From a virus (lineage: Duplodnaviria > Caudoviricetes), in IMG/VR virus record IMGVR_UViG_3300025018_000224, positions 1 through 45,105 of that record: a stretch of DNA of 45,105 nucleotides; one strand, written 5' to 3'. Below the pieces are notes generated by a model. The model was given only the letters and a program-made list of their open reading frames with translations. It did no database searches and was not told where the DNA came from. Positions 17,641 through 28,595 of this stretch are shown one piece after another. Both the position numbers and the translations under genes were made by a program. How positions within the stretch are numbered: the stretch's first letter is position 1; each line of letters begins with the position of its first letter.

Positions 17641-17831
17641 GGCGGCTGTGTGCGACAATCGATCTTAGTCATGATCTGTGAATGTTCGTCAATCCTGACG
17701 GGCCAGAAGCCGCCGACGAGATCGAGCGGCTGCGCCAGGAGAACGCGGAACAGGCGGCGATGATCGCGCGTCTACCGCGTTGGTTTTTGAGCCTGAAAGT
17801 ATTATTGCTCAATCTTCACAACCGTGAGTAA
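17625..17831 (+). pseudogene. Small EAADEIERLR-type gene interrupted by in-frame TGA
   Basis: MPNLLRRL...DL*MFVNPDGPEAADEIERLRQE; TGA at 17679-17681; AAGGA upstream of 17625. Confidence 0.5.
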
Positions 17832-17870
17832 AAAAGAGCCGGGGGAAGGAATCAACCAACCCCCGGCTTA
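17830..17870 (-). terminator. Terminator at convergence of the two arms
   Basis: Minus strand AGCCGGGG...CCCCGGCT followed by C and T7. Confidence 0.8.
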
Positions 17871-17966
17871 GTTAGACGAGCAGTAACGCATCGCCAGCCA
17901 ACTCGGATTTAGCAAATGAACATTTGGTTATTCATCTTCTTCCTGTTCATCCTCTGGGGTCTTGGA

Positions 17967-20900
17967 TCAATCTTCCTTCATGGCCCCGGCATGTAGAATC
18001 CGCATCGCTTGCGCGAATTCACCGCCTTTAACCGCATCGAGCATTTGTGTGATCTGCCTCGGTGTCGTTGCCGTCAGGTAGGTATCCCGAAGCCAAGAAG
18101 TAAAATACGCCGGGTTACCGCCACTTCCCAAATACTCAGTCATTGCAGTCTTCAACAATTCCGGGCTCAAGTCGCCAGAGCGGAATGCGGCTTTCGTGCC
18201 TGTGCGGAGTAATGTCCGCTTGGCATACTGCTGGGATTGGACAACGCGGTTTCTGAAATACGCGTCAGCCTGGGCTGTCTCTGCCATTGGCTTGAGTCCG
18301 ATAATACGCGATGCAATTGACATGGCAGATAATGTATTATCCGCTGTGACATTTCCTTGCTTATCCACCGCGTAGCCAGCCGCGGTTTCCAACAAGCCCC
18401 GGAGCGGACGATTCGTGAACATCATCGACGCGATTTCCAACAACTCCTGATTTGTCACGCCTGGATGGCCTTCCCTAAACATATCAATTCCACGGCCAAG
18501 TCCCGCCATTACATTCCCGATTAAAGATAGACCAGCAGGTGCACCATCAACCAGCGGGACACGCGGGGAGATGTCACCTCGCGTGTAAAGAGAAATACCA
18601 TCAGGGGCTCCGAATAGTTTTGGCACACTAGAAATCGTCCCGTGAAGAAGCACATTCGTCAATCCAGTGCCGAGGCGATCATGCATGGATTCAATCGGGT
18701 CAAGCGCTCCATCCTGTGATCCCATGAGCATTTGTGTATAGGTGTCGAATCCTGGAAGTGTTGCTCCGCCGTATACAGTCCCTTGCATCGCCGCTTGGAT
18801 GGCCAACGCGCGTTTATTCCCGGTTTCGATGTAGCGGAATACCCGTTGGAAGTAACCGAACATATATGTTTGGAACAATCCGAGTGGCAAACCAACGCCA
18901 CCCTGAAATACCTGTGGCCGATTCAATGCAAGGTAATCGCCAACCACCTGATTAGCAAAGTTGTGGGCAAACATGTGACGCTCACGAAGGCCGGTGATAC
19001 CGGCGAATTTCTCCGCGATTTCCAGACCCGCCATATGCGACCACAATCGCGAGAATTCTTCCGATTTATCCGATGCCTTGCCGAGCCACTCATCAACGTG
19101 TCTCCCAATTTTGCGAATGCTGGTGTCGATCTGACCCATTGAACCGAGCGTGTGTTGGATTTCAGAAACTGCTTGGGCCCCATATCCCATCTTTGCGATG
19201 TAGGGTAACTCTGAATGCGTTCGAGTATTTTTCAAAGCCCGAATCATAATCTTCGTTGTGTCGAGAACACCAAGAGGCCCGGAGGAAGTATTGATTACAT
19301 GGCCGTATTGTCCCGTCCGCAGGGCATAATCCGTGATTGATTCATCGGCCCTTCGCGTGAAGAAGGACATTACAGCCGGCATTGTGTTGACGACTCCGGA
19401 GATATTCAGTATCGGATGGGCCATTTCTGCCCAACGCAGTGTGAGGGCCGAAGTGATGCGATTCAAATCCGCAGCAACTTCCACAAGACGTTTGGGTGGC
19501 GAGATATTGAATCTTGACGCGGCTAATTCAACTCCGGATTCTACGGGGAGCATAGCACCCATGGCATTTTTCAATTGTTTAAATTCAATTTCATCCGCGG
19601 CGTTTTTCGACCCGTGGTAGGTATTGATGAAGAAACGCTTGATGATTTCACCTGGGCGCCGACCACTTAAGGCATCATGGAGTTTCGCTAGGGCCTCATC
19701 GAACATATCTTCGACAGGCATTACAACGGAGCCTACACGTGTCTCACGCGTCCGAGAGCGATTCCCCAGAATAGCGTCTTGATACATGTCATAGACTGTA
19801 CGGTTCCGCGCTGCGATTTTGTTCAACGGCTTCGAGGCCTCAGATGCCCGCATTGCAATTCGAGTGTGTTGCAATTGCGGGTAATACAAAGCTTTCATTG
19901 CATCCGATGCTGTGTGGTTCACACGTTTATTAATTGATGTCTGGGCTTCTTCCAACGCCTGGAGCCCATCCATTGTGAATGGGCTCGATCCAGAACCCTT
20001 CGAACGCTTGCCAATTGCCTGGGCACTGACAGAGGGATCAACGATATTGAACCAATCCCGCATTTCAATCTGATGAAATTCCTTCACCTGATTATAGGAA
20101 CGTGGGAGTAGCGTTTTGTTATCAATCCGGGCCCGGATATTTTCGGGGAGCTGCTCCATCATTCGATTGAGATCACCAGCAGTATTTGCCGCGAGTGTGT
20201 GGACCACCTTCCCGCCGTCCAGTGTCGGATCGACGAGGTACGTCACATGCTTGCCTTGGTATTCCTGCGGAGGAACCCACCAGGCTTTTTCGCTGATTTC
20301 CCCCAAATTCTTTGCCGCGAGTGTGGCGTTTTGTTCCTGGAGAACACGTTTACCAATTGCCGAAATTGCTTCTGCCGCATCATAGGCTTGTTGATCTATC
20401 CAGAGGGGTATGACTTGTCCGGCCTTATCTTGATGAGACGGCATAAACGCACCTTCCGGCATGTCTTGCCCGAAAAGATCTTTCCACTTTTGCTGATTGA
20501 ATGTGTCACCAGGTTTAAGCTTGAAGGCCCAAAGACCATTGTTGGCTTCACCTGGGCCAGCAACTAAATTCCAGCCATTCAACCTAGCGCTGTAATATTG
20601 ACCAAAATATTTCGCAGATACCTTAGCGTTGGGAGCTCGAAGTTCGGAAAAAATTGTATTCGCGACCTTGCCGCTGCGTACCGAAGTTTCAGTAAATAAG
20701 GATTCTTGGAATGCCCGGATTCCTTTCTCAGCTGTTGCCCGCACACGAAGAGCCGCGAGAATTGTTGGATTGTCTCTAGCTGCGTTTGACGCGTAAGTCA
20801 GGGCTCCGGTAGACGTGTGGCCTGGAAGTACGGTAGATTCAATAGAAGCAGCAGAAAGAAATTCGATTTTGCCCGACTGAATGAAATCCGGGGTATTCAA

Positions 20901-23216
20901 TACCGAATTAATCATCCCGGACACCATCAAACTTTTTTTCGGGTCCGTCAATGTCCCGACGACTTGTGCATGCCGGGCTTGCTGTGCCAAGCCAAACACC
21001 TCTTTCGTAAAGTCCGGTTGAGTCAAATTCCTCCGCCAGACAAACGCCTGCGGGAGCGCGTTTCCCTTCGCATCTTTCCCGAGTTTGAAGGAATTTCCAA
21101 CAAACGTAACTGATTGATCAACGCCTTCAACCGCGTCAGGGAAATGTTTAATTGATTTAACTTCTTCGAGTACGGAATCAAGTGTCCATCCCTTGAGTCC
21201 TGGATTGCCAGCGTCTGCCTGCTGAATGAAGAAAGTCTCCAAAGGCGATGTGTCAAGGTCAATGGCGCGCTGGTACGCCGTGGTCTGCGGAAGATTCAAA
21301 CTCTCCCGCAGCGTTACCTTATTGTACCCACCGGGACCAGCGGCTTTCCGGATTCGATCGGAGAGAAGACTTTTCTGACTCAGGGATTGCATCTGCACCT
21401 GGACTTCATCCATCCCCGCATCGAATAGAATGGTGAGTTTCCCAGGACCAGCGCGCCGTTTGGCTTCAAGTGCCGAATCAATCTCGATGAAATTCGAATT
21501 CTTCCCGAGTTTGATCATCCGACTGGAACGTGACGCATCGTCAACAGCGACATCCATGAGGTTCCAAAGGGCCGAGCGTTTGTAATTCGATAACGAAAGG
21601 AAATCCGTCTCGAAATTCCCTGTATTCCCGAGGATTGGCGTGAGATTCATATCCACGCTCATCTGGAACATGGGCTTCTTCGCATTCGTCACGTCATTCG
21701 CGGCGAGTTCGTAAACGTGTTCCTTATCCCCGATATCAACCCGCTTGATCTTCGCTTTACTCGCAGGATCATCACCGAAACGAACCCAATTCCCCTGCTT
21801 CTCAGACACGGATACAGATTGACCGCCGTCAAGAAATTCGGGGAGCCACGAACGCTGGTCCGCGGCCCGGTAACGAAGCGTCTGCAAATACTCATCGGCC
21901 TTCGCAAGCGGGATTGATCTGCCTTCCCAGTGAATGGACGTCGCCGGCTTCAACCCATTCGCTGCTTCTTCCTCGGAGATTGGGCGAGTTGCCACGCGAA
22001 TCAACTGTTCAATCTCATCGGCTTGCTGTGTCGTGGAATTAACCAATTCCTTATGCTTCGCTAGCATCGCAGCCAATTCATCCGCGTTATTCGGTGCGTG
22101 TTCAACCCCAACCACGCCGATCGACCACAAAGGATCTTTCTTCACCGCGTCAACTATTGTGGGGGAGAGCCGCGCAGCACGCGCCGGGTCTTTATTCACA
22201 AGACCCGGAATTCCTCGACTGACCAACTTCTCGCTGGACATTTGCCATTCTTTCTGCAACTGTGTAGCCCGGGATTCAAACCGAGGGACAACCGCTGCGT
22301 CGATTCCAACCCCACGCGCATCATTTAAGGCGCGTTCAGACACAGCAAGTTGTGCGATTTCCCGATCAAGATTCGTCGGGTCCGCAAGTTTAATCCCCGT
22401 GAGGGCATCACCTTCGGGGAAGGATGCGAGACCGAATTCTGCTTTGTCATACAGGCGATTTGCCTCCGGCGTGTTGATTGTCGCGAATTTACGCAATTGT
22501 GCCGAAGCAATCCACCCGCCAGCAACAGCGGGGATCGCGACGCCGACAGCGGCAAACGCACCGAGGGTTATATTGTCTAATTCATCCGGGAATAAAAAAT
22601 CATTTTCATTCATGCCAATGGCAAGCGCGGCTTCTATTTGCAAACCTTCCTTCCCCGCGTTCAACCTTGCCATGTTTCTAGCATTCTTCGCGGCACGGGT
22701 TACAACAGGATCGGCAAATAATGATTCGTCGATTTTTCCTTGCTGTGTCATTGCGAATTTTTGAGACCGTTGCGCGCGGAGTAGCGCAGCCCGGGCATTT
22801 CGTTCATTTGCCACCAAGGAACGTGCCCCTGGAATTGACGAAAGAACCCGGCCAATCGCGGAACCAGAACGGAAAAGGGCTGGAGTGAATTTAGAAATTC
22901 CAGCAATGCCGAGAACTGCGGAGGCAACTTCGATTCCGCCTTCATGTGTTTTCCGATAGGTGGAAAGAACTTCAGGAATCACGCGGTCAACCGCCTGATT
23001 GATTTCCTGCCGATCCGAAAATCCGAGGGATGACGCCATCGTGTCAACGAGATCGACAACAGCTAACGGCGCACCCATTGTGACATGTTCGGTGAAATTA
23101 TATGTCTGGTCACCTACGTAATCCGCCGCGTAGCTATTCGATTGGAATAGTTGATCAGCCCCGGCAGGTTCCGGGTAACTGGAAATATCCCCAGGAAGCG
23201 TGAAACTGTCTGCCAT
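17967..23216 (-). CDS. Large internal virion / DNA ejection protein (1749 aa)
   Basis: Size, Ala/Gly-rich helical composition and last position in the structural operon of a podovirus layout. Confidence 0.7.
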   Translation of the reverse strand: MADSFTLPGDISSYPEPAGADQLFQSNSYAADYVGDQTYNFTEHVTMGAPLAVVDLVDTMASSLGFSDRQEINQAVDRVIPEVLSTYRKTHEGGIEVASAVLGIAGISKFTPALFRSGSAIGRVLSSIPGARSLVANERNARAALLRAQRSQKFAMTQQGKIDESLFADPVVTRAAKNARNMARLNAGKEGLQIEAALAIGMNENDFLFPDELDNITLGAFAAVGVAIPAVAGGWIASAQLRKFATINTPEANRLYDKAEFGLASFPEGDALTGIKLADPTNLDREIAQLAVSERALNDARGVGIDAAVVPRFESRATQLQKEWQMSSEKLVSRGIPGLVNKDPARAARLSPTIVDAVKKDPLWSIGVVGVEHAPNNADELAAMLAKHKELVNSTTQQADEIEQLIRVATRPISEEEAANGLKPATSIHWEGRSIPLAKADEYLQTLRYRAADQRSWLPEFLDGGQSVSVSEKQGNWVRFGDDPASKAKIKRVDIGDKEHVYELAANDVTNAKKPMFQMSVDMNLTPILGNTGNFETDFLSLSNYKRSALWNLMDVAVDDASRSSRMIKLGKNSNFIEIDSALEAKRRAGPGKLTILFDAGMDEVQVQMQSLSQKSLLSDRIRKAAGPGGYNKVTLRESLNLPQTTAYQRAIDLDTSPLETFFIQQADAGNPGLKGWTLDSVLEEVKSIKHFPDAVEGVDQSVTFVGNSFKLGKDAKGNALPQAFVWRRNLTQPDFTKEVFGLAQQARHAQVVGTLTDPKKSLMVSGMINSVLNTPDFIQSGKIEFLSAASIESTVLPGHTSTGALTYASNAARDNPTILAALRVRATAEKGIRAFQESLFTETSVRSGKVANTIFSELRAPNAKVSAKYFGQYYSARLNGWNLVAGPGEANNGLWAFKLKPGDTFNQQKWKDLFGQDMPEGAFMPSHQDKAGQVIPLWIDQQAYDAAEAISAIGKRVLQEQNATLAAKNLGEISEKAWWVPPQEYQGKHVTYLVDPTLDGGKVVHTLAANTAGDLNRMMEQLPENIRARIDNKTLLPRSYNQVKEFHQIEMRDWFNIVDPSVSAQAIGKRSKGSGSSPFTMDGLQALEEAQTSINKRVNHTASDAMKALYYPQLQHTRIAMRASEASKPLNKIAARNRTVYDMYQDAILGNRSRTRETRVGSVVMPVEDMFDEALAKLHDALSGRRPGEIIKRFFINTYHGSKNAADEIEFKQLKNAMGAMLPVESGVELAASRFNISPPKRLVEVAADLNRITSALTLRWAEMAHPILNISGVVNTMPAVMSFFTRRADESITDYALRTGQYGHVINTSSGPLGVLDTTKIMIRALKNTRTHSELPYIAKMGYGAQAVSEIQHTLGSMGQIDTSIRKIGRHVDEWLGKASDKSEEFSRLWSHMAGLEIAEKFAGITGLRERHMFAHNFANQVVGDYLALNRPQVFQGGVGLPLGLFQTYMFGYFQRVFRYIETGNKRALAIQAAMQGTVYGGATLPGFDTYTQMLMGSQDGALDPIESMHDRLGTGLTNVLLHGTISSVPKLFGAPDGISLYTRGDISPRVPLVDGAPAGLSLIGNVMAGLGRGIDMFREGHPGVTNQELLEIASMMFTNRPLRGLLETAAGYAVDKQGNVTADNTLSAMSIASRIIGLKPMAETAQADAYFRNRVVQSQQYAKRTLLRTGTKAAFRSGDLSPELLKTAMTEYLGSGGNPAYFTSWLRDTYLTATTPRQITQMLDAVKGGEFAQAMRILHAGAMKED

Positions 23217-25486
23217 TATCTGGCTCCTTGTACTTTAGCTGCGAGTTCTGCAGGAAGCACAACACCTTGCGGATTATTCTGCCGTGCTATCTCAAGCATT
23301 TTCAGGGTATTCTGCCTCTCTAGTTCTTCCGCCCGTGCCTTATATGCCTCAACACCTGCGATGATTTTCGGTAGATTCTGCGTAACATGTCCTCCATGGA
23401 CAAGCCGCGAGAATAACTGAGCCGTGGCTGAAACAGGTTTACCTTGTTGCTCAGTATCCAAAGTTGCCGCAAGTTTTGCCTGGTTGGCCGGGTCCTGCAA
23501 AGCGTCAAGAACAATCGTGCTAATCTTCGGCCCTTGGTAATCCGTGATTTGCAGCTTGTCCAATTTTTGCAGAATCTGCACGGCTCCGAACATAGTGCCG
23601 CCAGGACTTCCAGGATTCTGATCGAGCAAGGCGTAGAAATTCCCGCCGGGAACCTCACGCAAAGGAACCTTTGTTGCCCCGATTGGCACCGGATTCTTCC
23701 CTGAGGGATCATAGGTAGGAACGTCGATCATGACTGAATCAATAGCGTGTTTAAACGCCATTTTCATCATGTCGCCATTCTGGCCTTCGAAAGTCGCGTA
23801 GAATCCCGGGTATTGCTTCTTTCCTGTCTTTGGATCGATCGGACCTGAACCATTCCAGAAAGCGTTTCGTTTTGTCAGTAGCGTATTCAAGTCTTTCGTC
23901 CCGCCGGACAGCTTCGCGAATACCTTCGTCATGTACGCGGAACGATCAGATTCGCTCATTTTCGTGAAATCAATCCCGGCGCCATCATCAGGAGAAAGTG
24001 ATGCAGCGTAGGCAGAACGCGCAGCTTCCATCGCTCCAGCAAATACACTAGAGGCAGGAAGCGGATTTTGCGACAATGCCATTTCAAACAAATCATCTTC
24101 GATCATTTTAGGCGTCGGTGGGATACCATCGGCAAGTGCGTGATACAGAGGCCGAGACGCTTCTGGATATCGCTTGTCAATGCTGGTATGGAGTTCCTTC
24201 TTCGCTTTTTCCATGTGTTCTGTGGCCATCTTAATCGTGGCCATGGACACCTTGTCAATTCCACCAGCTTGCGTCACAACCGATTTAAAGGCGTCAAACG
24301 ATGCAAGATATTCATTCGCTTCCGGTGTGTCAATTCTAGCTTGGGAAACAGTGTTGACGGACCGGAGCATGGTATTGTAATCAAGTCCAACTGCGACTTG
24401 TTCCGCAGAAAGTACATCACGTGCTTTACGTGCCGCAGTACGTGCCGCAATTTCCGCTTTAACCGCATCGTCCGTCGCGCGAATAGTATCAAGTTTTCCA
24501 TCTCCGTCGAAATCCCATTCAAGAATACCAGCGTTTTTACTCGCTGCGATTAATTGCTCATCCGTCATGAATTTAAGCGCATGTTGCCCAGTCTTCATCG
24601 TGGTTTCAAGATTACCTGCGACCAACGTGGCCTTCTGTGCAACACGTGCCATGTCCAACAATTCACGATTGTCAACAGCGTCCTGAATCATGTCTTTAGA
24701 AACAGGGGCTTGGGCGCCAGGAATTGAAACCATGCCTGCGGGATTGACGTTTGCCGCAGCAAGTAATTTTTGCAACTCCGGCATACGAATAGCCCCGATA
24801 ACGCTTTTCTGTTCTTCCCGAAGCGCCGCAGCTTTATTCAAACCAAAGGTTTCTTGCGCTCGGTTTTCAGCATTTTGCCCCCAAATATGGGTTTGCTGCG
24901 CTCGTTTCTCCTGGGCTAAACTTTCCGATGTTTGCAAGAGCTTCAAACTAATTTCGAAATCTTGGGTTTTCTGAGACAGATCGCGAGTCACACCAGACCG
25001 TGCGGTTGCAATGACATCTTTGTTCAAAGCCATTCCTGTCGTTACCGTGTCTTTCTTCACGGCAAAATCAGCTTCATTCATCTGATGCTGCTGCATAGTT
25101 TTCTGCAATTGATCGTCGATTTTACGTAATTCACCTTTCTGCTTTTCCACGGACCAGCGGTCACCTTGCCCCGTGAGTGTGAGAAGATTTGTAAATGCCT
25201 GCGGGTAACTTTGAATCTCACCGATGCGTTCGCTGACCTGAGTACGTTTATCCATTAAACTTGTAATGGCCGTAGACGTAGCTTTGGCTTCAGCATTCCG
25301 GGCTTCCGTTGCCGCTTTCAATAACGTGTCAGTGACACTGATAACACCGATCTGCTCAGCGTCCAATTGATCCAGGCTCATGTCTGCTTGAGAATTCGCT
25401 CGTGATAAAGCCGACGTACTTTTTGCAACATCCTGCGCAGCTTGTTCAATGCTTGGAAAACTTGGAAGTGACATAAAGTCCGCCAT
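23216..25486 (-). CDS. Internal virion / ejection protein (756 aa)
   Basis: Coiled-coil-like; TAATG coupling; synteny. Confidence 0.65.
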   Translation of the reverse strand: MADFMSLPSFPSIEQAAQDVAKSTSALSRANSQADMSLDQLDAEQIGVISVTDTLLKAATEARNAEAKATSTAITSLMDKRTQVSERIGEIQSYPQAFTNLLTLTGQGDRWSVEKQKGELRKIDDQLQKTMQQHQMNEADFAVKKDTVTTGMALNKDVIATARSGVTRDLSQKTQDFEISLKLLQTSESLAQEKRAQQTHIWGQNAENRAQETFGLNKAAALREEQKSVIGAIRMPELQKLLAAANVNPAGMVSIPGAQAPVSKDMIQDAVDNRELLDMARVAQKATLVAGNLETTMKTGQHALKFMTDEQLIAASKNAGILEWDFDGDGKLDTIRATDDAVKAEIAARTAARKARDVLSAEQVAVGLDYNTMLRSVNTVSQARIDTPEANEYLASFDAFKSVVTQAGGIDKVSMATIKMATEHMEKAKKELHTSIDKRYPEASRPLYHALADGIPPTPKMIEDDLFEMALSQNPLPASSVFAGAMEAARSAYAASLSPDDGAGIDFTKMSESDRSAYMTKVFAKLSGGTKDLNTLLTKRNAFWNGSGPIDPKTGKKQYPGFYATFEGQNGDMMKMAFKHAIDSVMIDVPTYDPSGKNPVPIGATKVPLREVPGGNFYALLDQNPGSPGGTMFGAVQILQKLDKLQITDYQGPKISTIVLDALQDPANQAKLAATLDTEQQGKPVSATAQLFSRLVHGGHVTQNLPKIIAGVEAYKARAEELERQNTLKMLEIARQNNPQGVVLPAELAAKVQGAR

Positions 25487-26499
25487 TACAACCTACTCCC
25501 TCCATTAAGCGCCGCGAGGAGTTTAATAAAATTACCTGAAGTATCCGTTGTCCCAGTCGCTGTCCCAGTTCCCGCAGATTGCGTAGCTTCGGAAGTGAGC
25601 GTAGAAAGTAACTTACGAAGCGTTTCAGTTTCCTGGGACTGCGTAGTTTCCTGCGTGGTTGCCTGAACATCGCCGGTGACAAGTGCCGAAGTATCCTCTG
25701 TACTTGTGAGCGAACGAAGCAAATCAATCACTTGTTGTTCCTGCGTTGTTTCTGACCCAGCCGCAGTAGTCGCTGTCGTTGTTTCACCGCCAGCGAGAAC
25801 AGACACCAATTTTGCCAAATCACCAGTTTGCTGGCTATTGATGTCCGAGGCGGTTTGCAACGCTTCATTTCCGGCAGTGAGCCCAGTCAAACGTGTATTG
25901 GCTTCAATTCCGGCGAGATTCGCGGCAAGTTTGGCTTGCGCATTCGTATTCAATTCACTTGATAAAGAATTAGTTTTCGCACTGCCCCCAATCGAATTCA
26001 TCAACGCGTTTAACTGCGGCGCAGTATTTGCGTCAAACTCCGCCTTTGCGCTTGTCTGCGAAGCCTGAATGATCTGTTCAATTGTCTGCGGAATTGCCGC
26101 GGCATTCGACGTCGCAGTAGTTGCAAGAGATGAATTTGCGTTAGACGCCACACCGGTTGACATTCCTGAAATCAAATTCCGCAGAATGCCTAATGTCCCA
26201 GCATCCAATGTTTGCTGAGTTCCTGATTGCTGCTGCGTCTGTTGCTGCGTTGTGGTTCCTGCGGTTGTCTGCCCTTCAGTAAGATTCTGTCCAGTATTCA
26301 CCGACTGAGAAGTTTGCTGTGTGGTATTCGTTGAAGAGTCACCAGTTGTGGAACCCGTGGCAGCTTTGATTGATTCTTCTACCCCTGTATTCGTCGATTC
26401 ACTAGATGTGCTCCCCGTATTCGAGGTCGCCTGTGCCTGCGTCTGTTCTTCGGACGAACCGCCAGTAAAATAATTCAAAACATCATCGAGAAAGGACAT
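25486..26499 (-). CDS. Thr/Ser/Gln-rich ejection or pilot protein
   Basis: Low-complexity T/S/Q composition; synteny. Confidence 0.6.
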   Translation of the reverse strand: MSFLDDVLNYFTGGSSEEQTQAQATSNTGSTSSESTNTGVEESIKAATGSTTGDSSTNTTQQTSQSVNTGQNLTEGQTTAGTTTQQQTQQQSGTQQTLDAGTLGILRNLISGMSTGVASNANSSLATTATSNAAAIPQTIEQIIQASQTSAKAEFDANTAPQLNALMNSIGGSAKTNSLSSELNTNAQAKLAANLAGIEANTRLTGLTAGNEALQTASDINSQQTGDLAKLVSVLAGGETTTATTAAGSETTQEQQVIDLLRSLTSTEDTSALVTGDVQATTQETTQSQETETLRKLLSTLTSEATQSAGTGTATGTTDTSGNFIKLLAALNGGSRL

Positions 26500-27617
26500 T
26501 AGACAAGCCTCCGATTAGCCCAGAAATCTGCATGGATTCCATGGGGTGACGCCAATGGAGAAAATACTGGAAGCTCGAGTGGCGTCGTATCCCAAGCAAA
26601 CGTGTCTGATAGTTCTTTCAACAAATCATTAGCATCGCTGACAGTAGATTCAGGAGCCTGCGCGAGAGAACTAGGCGCGAGTGACGGTAGATTTGTCGCT
26701 GCGGTACTCGAGGTATCAGAACCATTGTCTTGATTTAAAGTTTGATTCCCTGACGTCGAAGGCGTCGAAGCTTTATCGCCGATACTCAAATTGGTCAAAT
26801 CCATATTCAAGGTATTTTGTTTCCCCAGTGTAACGGCACCTGGGATTGAATTAATTGTCACGTCAGGGACACCAACTTCATTCGCAATTTTTCCCGTCAC
26901 TTTACTTACAAGTGCTCCAGCTAATGGATTCACAGTCATTAGTCCAAGCGCAGTACCAATAGGGTTGAAAGACAATTGAGTCATTTCAACCGGGCTATAC
27001 GCTTGCACATCGACCTGCTTTGAAATACCGAAAAAACCAGCAATGCCGCCAAGGAATGAATCATTCCAAGCATCCGCTTTCGCCTTTGCCTGATTGTATT
27101 CCTGACTCCAAGAAATTTGCCCGTTGATTGATGGCCGACCTGTCAGATCGCCATTACTCAAAGCCATCAAACCACCCTTCTGTTCAGGTGTCAATGAACG
27201 CTCTTGCCCGATCGATAACTGAAATGATGGATTGATCGAATTTGGATCGATATTTACCCCAGACCACGAAGGCGTTGGATCCGACGCGTATGAATCGCTA
27301 GTACCTCCAGGACCACTGTAGGTATCGCCGCTAATATCCCCAGCGTCATCCGCAGTATCCATGCGGGAATCGTTACCTCCGTTATCCTGGTTAGACGTGT
27401 TATTACTCCCACCAGGATCATCACTGGCCGTTGATTGCTGGCCATCTGTGGACGCATCGTAAAACTGCAACCGGCCCGTAATTGGATGCGGAACGCCAGC
27501 ACCACCAGCTTCTTTCAGCATGGCAACTTCTTTCGGCGAGATATGGGCAAGCACAGTATCCCCGTGCTGCCCAAGTTCCTCGACGACATCAAGAAGTCTT
27601 TGAAGTGCTGTCATCAT
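26499..27617 (-). CDS. Putative ejection protein
   Basis: N-terminal GQHGDTVLAHISPKE...GGAG..HP.TG..QF motif that I recall from podoviral internal proteins; disordered D/S/N-rich body. Confidence 0.65.
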   Translation of the reverse strand: MMTALQRLLDVVEELGQHGDTVLAHISPKEVAMLKEAGGAGVPHPITGRLQFYDASTDGQQSTASDDPGGSNNTSNQDNGGNDSRMDTADDAGDISGDTYSGPGGTSDSYASDPTPSWSGVNIDPNSINPSFQLSIGQERSLTPEQKGGLMALSNGDLTGRPSINGQISWSQEYNQAKAKADAWNDSFLGGIAGFFGISKQVDVQAYSPVEMTQLSFNPIGTALGLMTVNPLAGALVSKVTGKIANEVGVPDVTINSIPGAVTLGKQNTLNMDLTNLSIGDKASTPSTSGNQTLNQDNGSDTSSTAATNLPSLAPSSLAQAPESTVSDANDLLKELSDTFAWDTTPLELPVFSPLASPHGIHADFWANRRLV

Positions 27618-28174
27618 TTAACCTTTCCAGGAACCTGTTGTTTGTTCCGAGTACCGAACCACCAGAGAATGCACGTGGTGGTCAGGTAAAGAATTGTATC
27701 AATAATCAAACGAAGAATGTTTACGGCATCAACACTAGTAAGCACGATACCATCACCCAACAATTCACGAGTTTGAAAATACACCAATGTGGTAATAGCA
27801 CATAGCCATCCAGTGATTACAATACGAGTGAAGCCACGGCAAAAATCAAGGAATACAAGCATACCGCCAGCGAAGGCACCCTTAGCAACCCCGTCACTAT
27901 ACAATTTCGGTTCAGAATTCAAACTTGCCGTGAATGCTTCCGCATCCGCTACGTCAACCTTACCTTGATTCTCAGTCCTTTGCACTTCAAGCCGATTTGC
28001 CCATTCCTTATCAGCCAATTGCCCATTAATTTCAAGCATTTTCTCATCGTGGGCAAATTGATCTTTCTGTTGCGCCCGAACCTCCCGAGCATGAAGAAAA
28101 TCGAACAAACGACTGACAATAGAACCGATGATTCCAGTAAGACCACCGGAAACCAAACTAAGGATGAATTCCAT
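27614..28174 (-). CDS. Putative holin (3 TM)
   Basis: N-terminal hydrophobic helix, two further TMs ending WWFGTR; adjacent to lysin. Confidence 0.65.
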   Translation of the reverse strand: MEFILSLVSGGLTGIIGSIVSRLFDFLHAREVRAQQKDQFAHDEKMLEINGQLADKEWANRLEVQRTENQGKVDVADAEAFTASLNSEPKLYSDGVAKGAFAGGMLVFLDFCRGFTRIVITGWLCAITTLVYFQTRELLGDGIVLTSVDAVNILRLIIDTILYLTTTCILWWFGTRNKQQVPGKVK

Positions 28175-28595
28175 CGACTATCTCCAAGTCAAACGATTGC
28201 CGATTCATCGCAGTTTCAAGTAAAGACACAGCTGGCCGAGATGAAAGAATCGCTTTCTGCCCATCCATCCAACCTAACTTTGTCCCAAGTGAAATGCAAC
28301 CGTAAAGTTGAGATCGAAAACCTTTTGCCCTGTCCCCCATATAATTAGCCGAATGGATTCTGATACCAGTTCGGTGAGGGACAGATAAAATTTGGTACAT
28401 AAATCGCTTAAAATGCCCGGAATAATTCCAAACACAAGAGTAAATACCAGGAGGAATGCAGGAAATATTTGATTGATTTGCCCGATCTGGCAATTCGCCA
28501 GAATACCTAACATATTGGCCAAAAGACAAGCGACCAAAAGTACCTTGATCACCTGTTTCAAAACGAATAAGCTGTATACGAATCACGTGGGCCAC
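28158..28595 (-). CDS. DUF5675-family putative endolysin
   Basis: GTFGRL, ELP..N...SCIPPG.Y, VP.R.GIRIH.AN, GCI.LG pattern. Confidence 0.75.
   Translation of the reverse strand: MAHVIRIQLIRFETGDQGTFGRLSFGQYVRYSGELPDRANQSNISCIPPGIYSCVWNYSGHFKRFMYQILSVPHRTGIRIHSANYMGDRAKGFRSQLYGCISLGTKLGWMDGQKAILSSRPAVSLLETAMNRQSFDLEIVDGIHP

Noticed and set aside
17625-17969. Genome-wide TGA recoding
   Set aside because: All large genes are intact in code 11 and many use TGA in ATGA/TGATG couplings; the two cases are local
25486-26499. Tandem DNA repeat array in the T/Q/S-rich gene
   Set aside because: Low complexity is at the amino-acid level only; no regular nucleotide period seen
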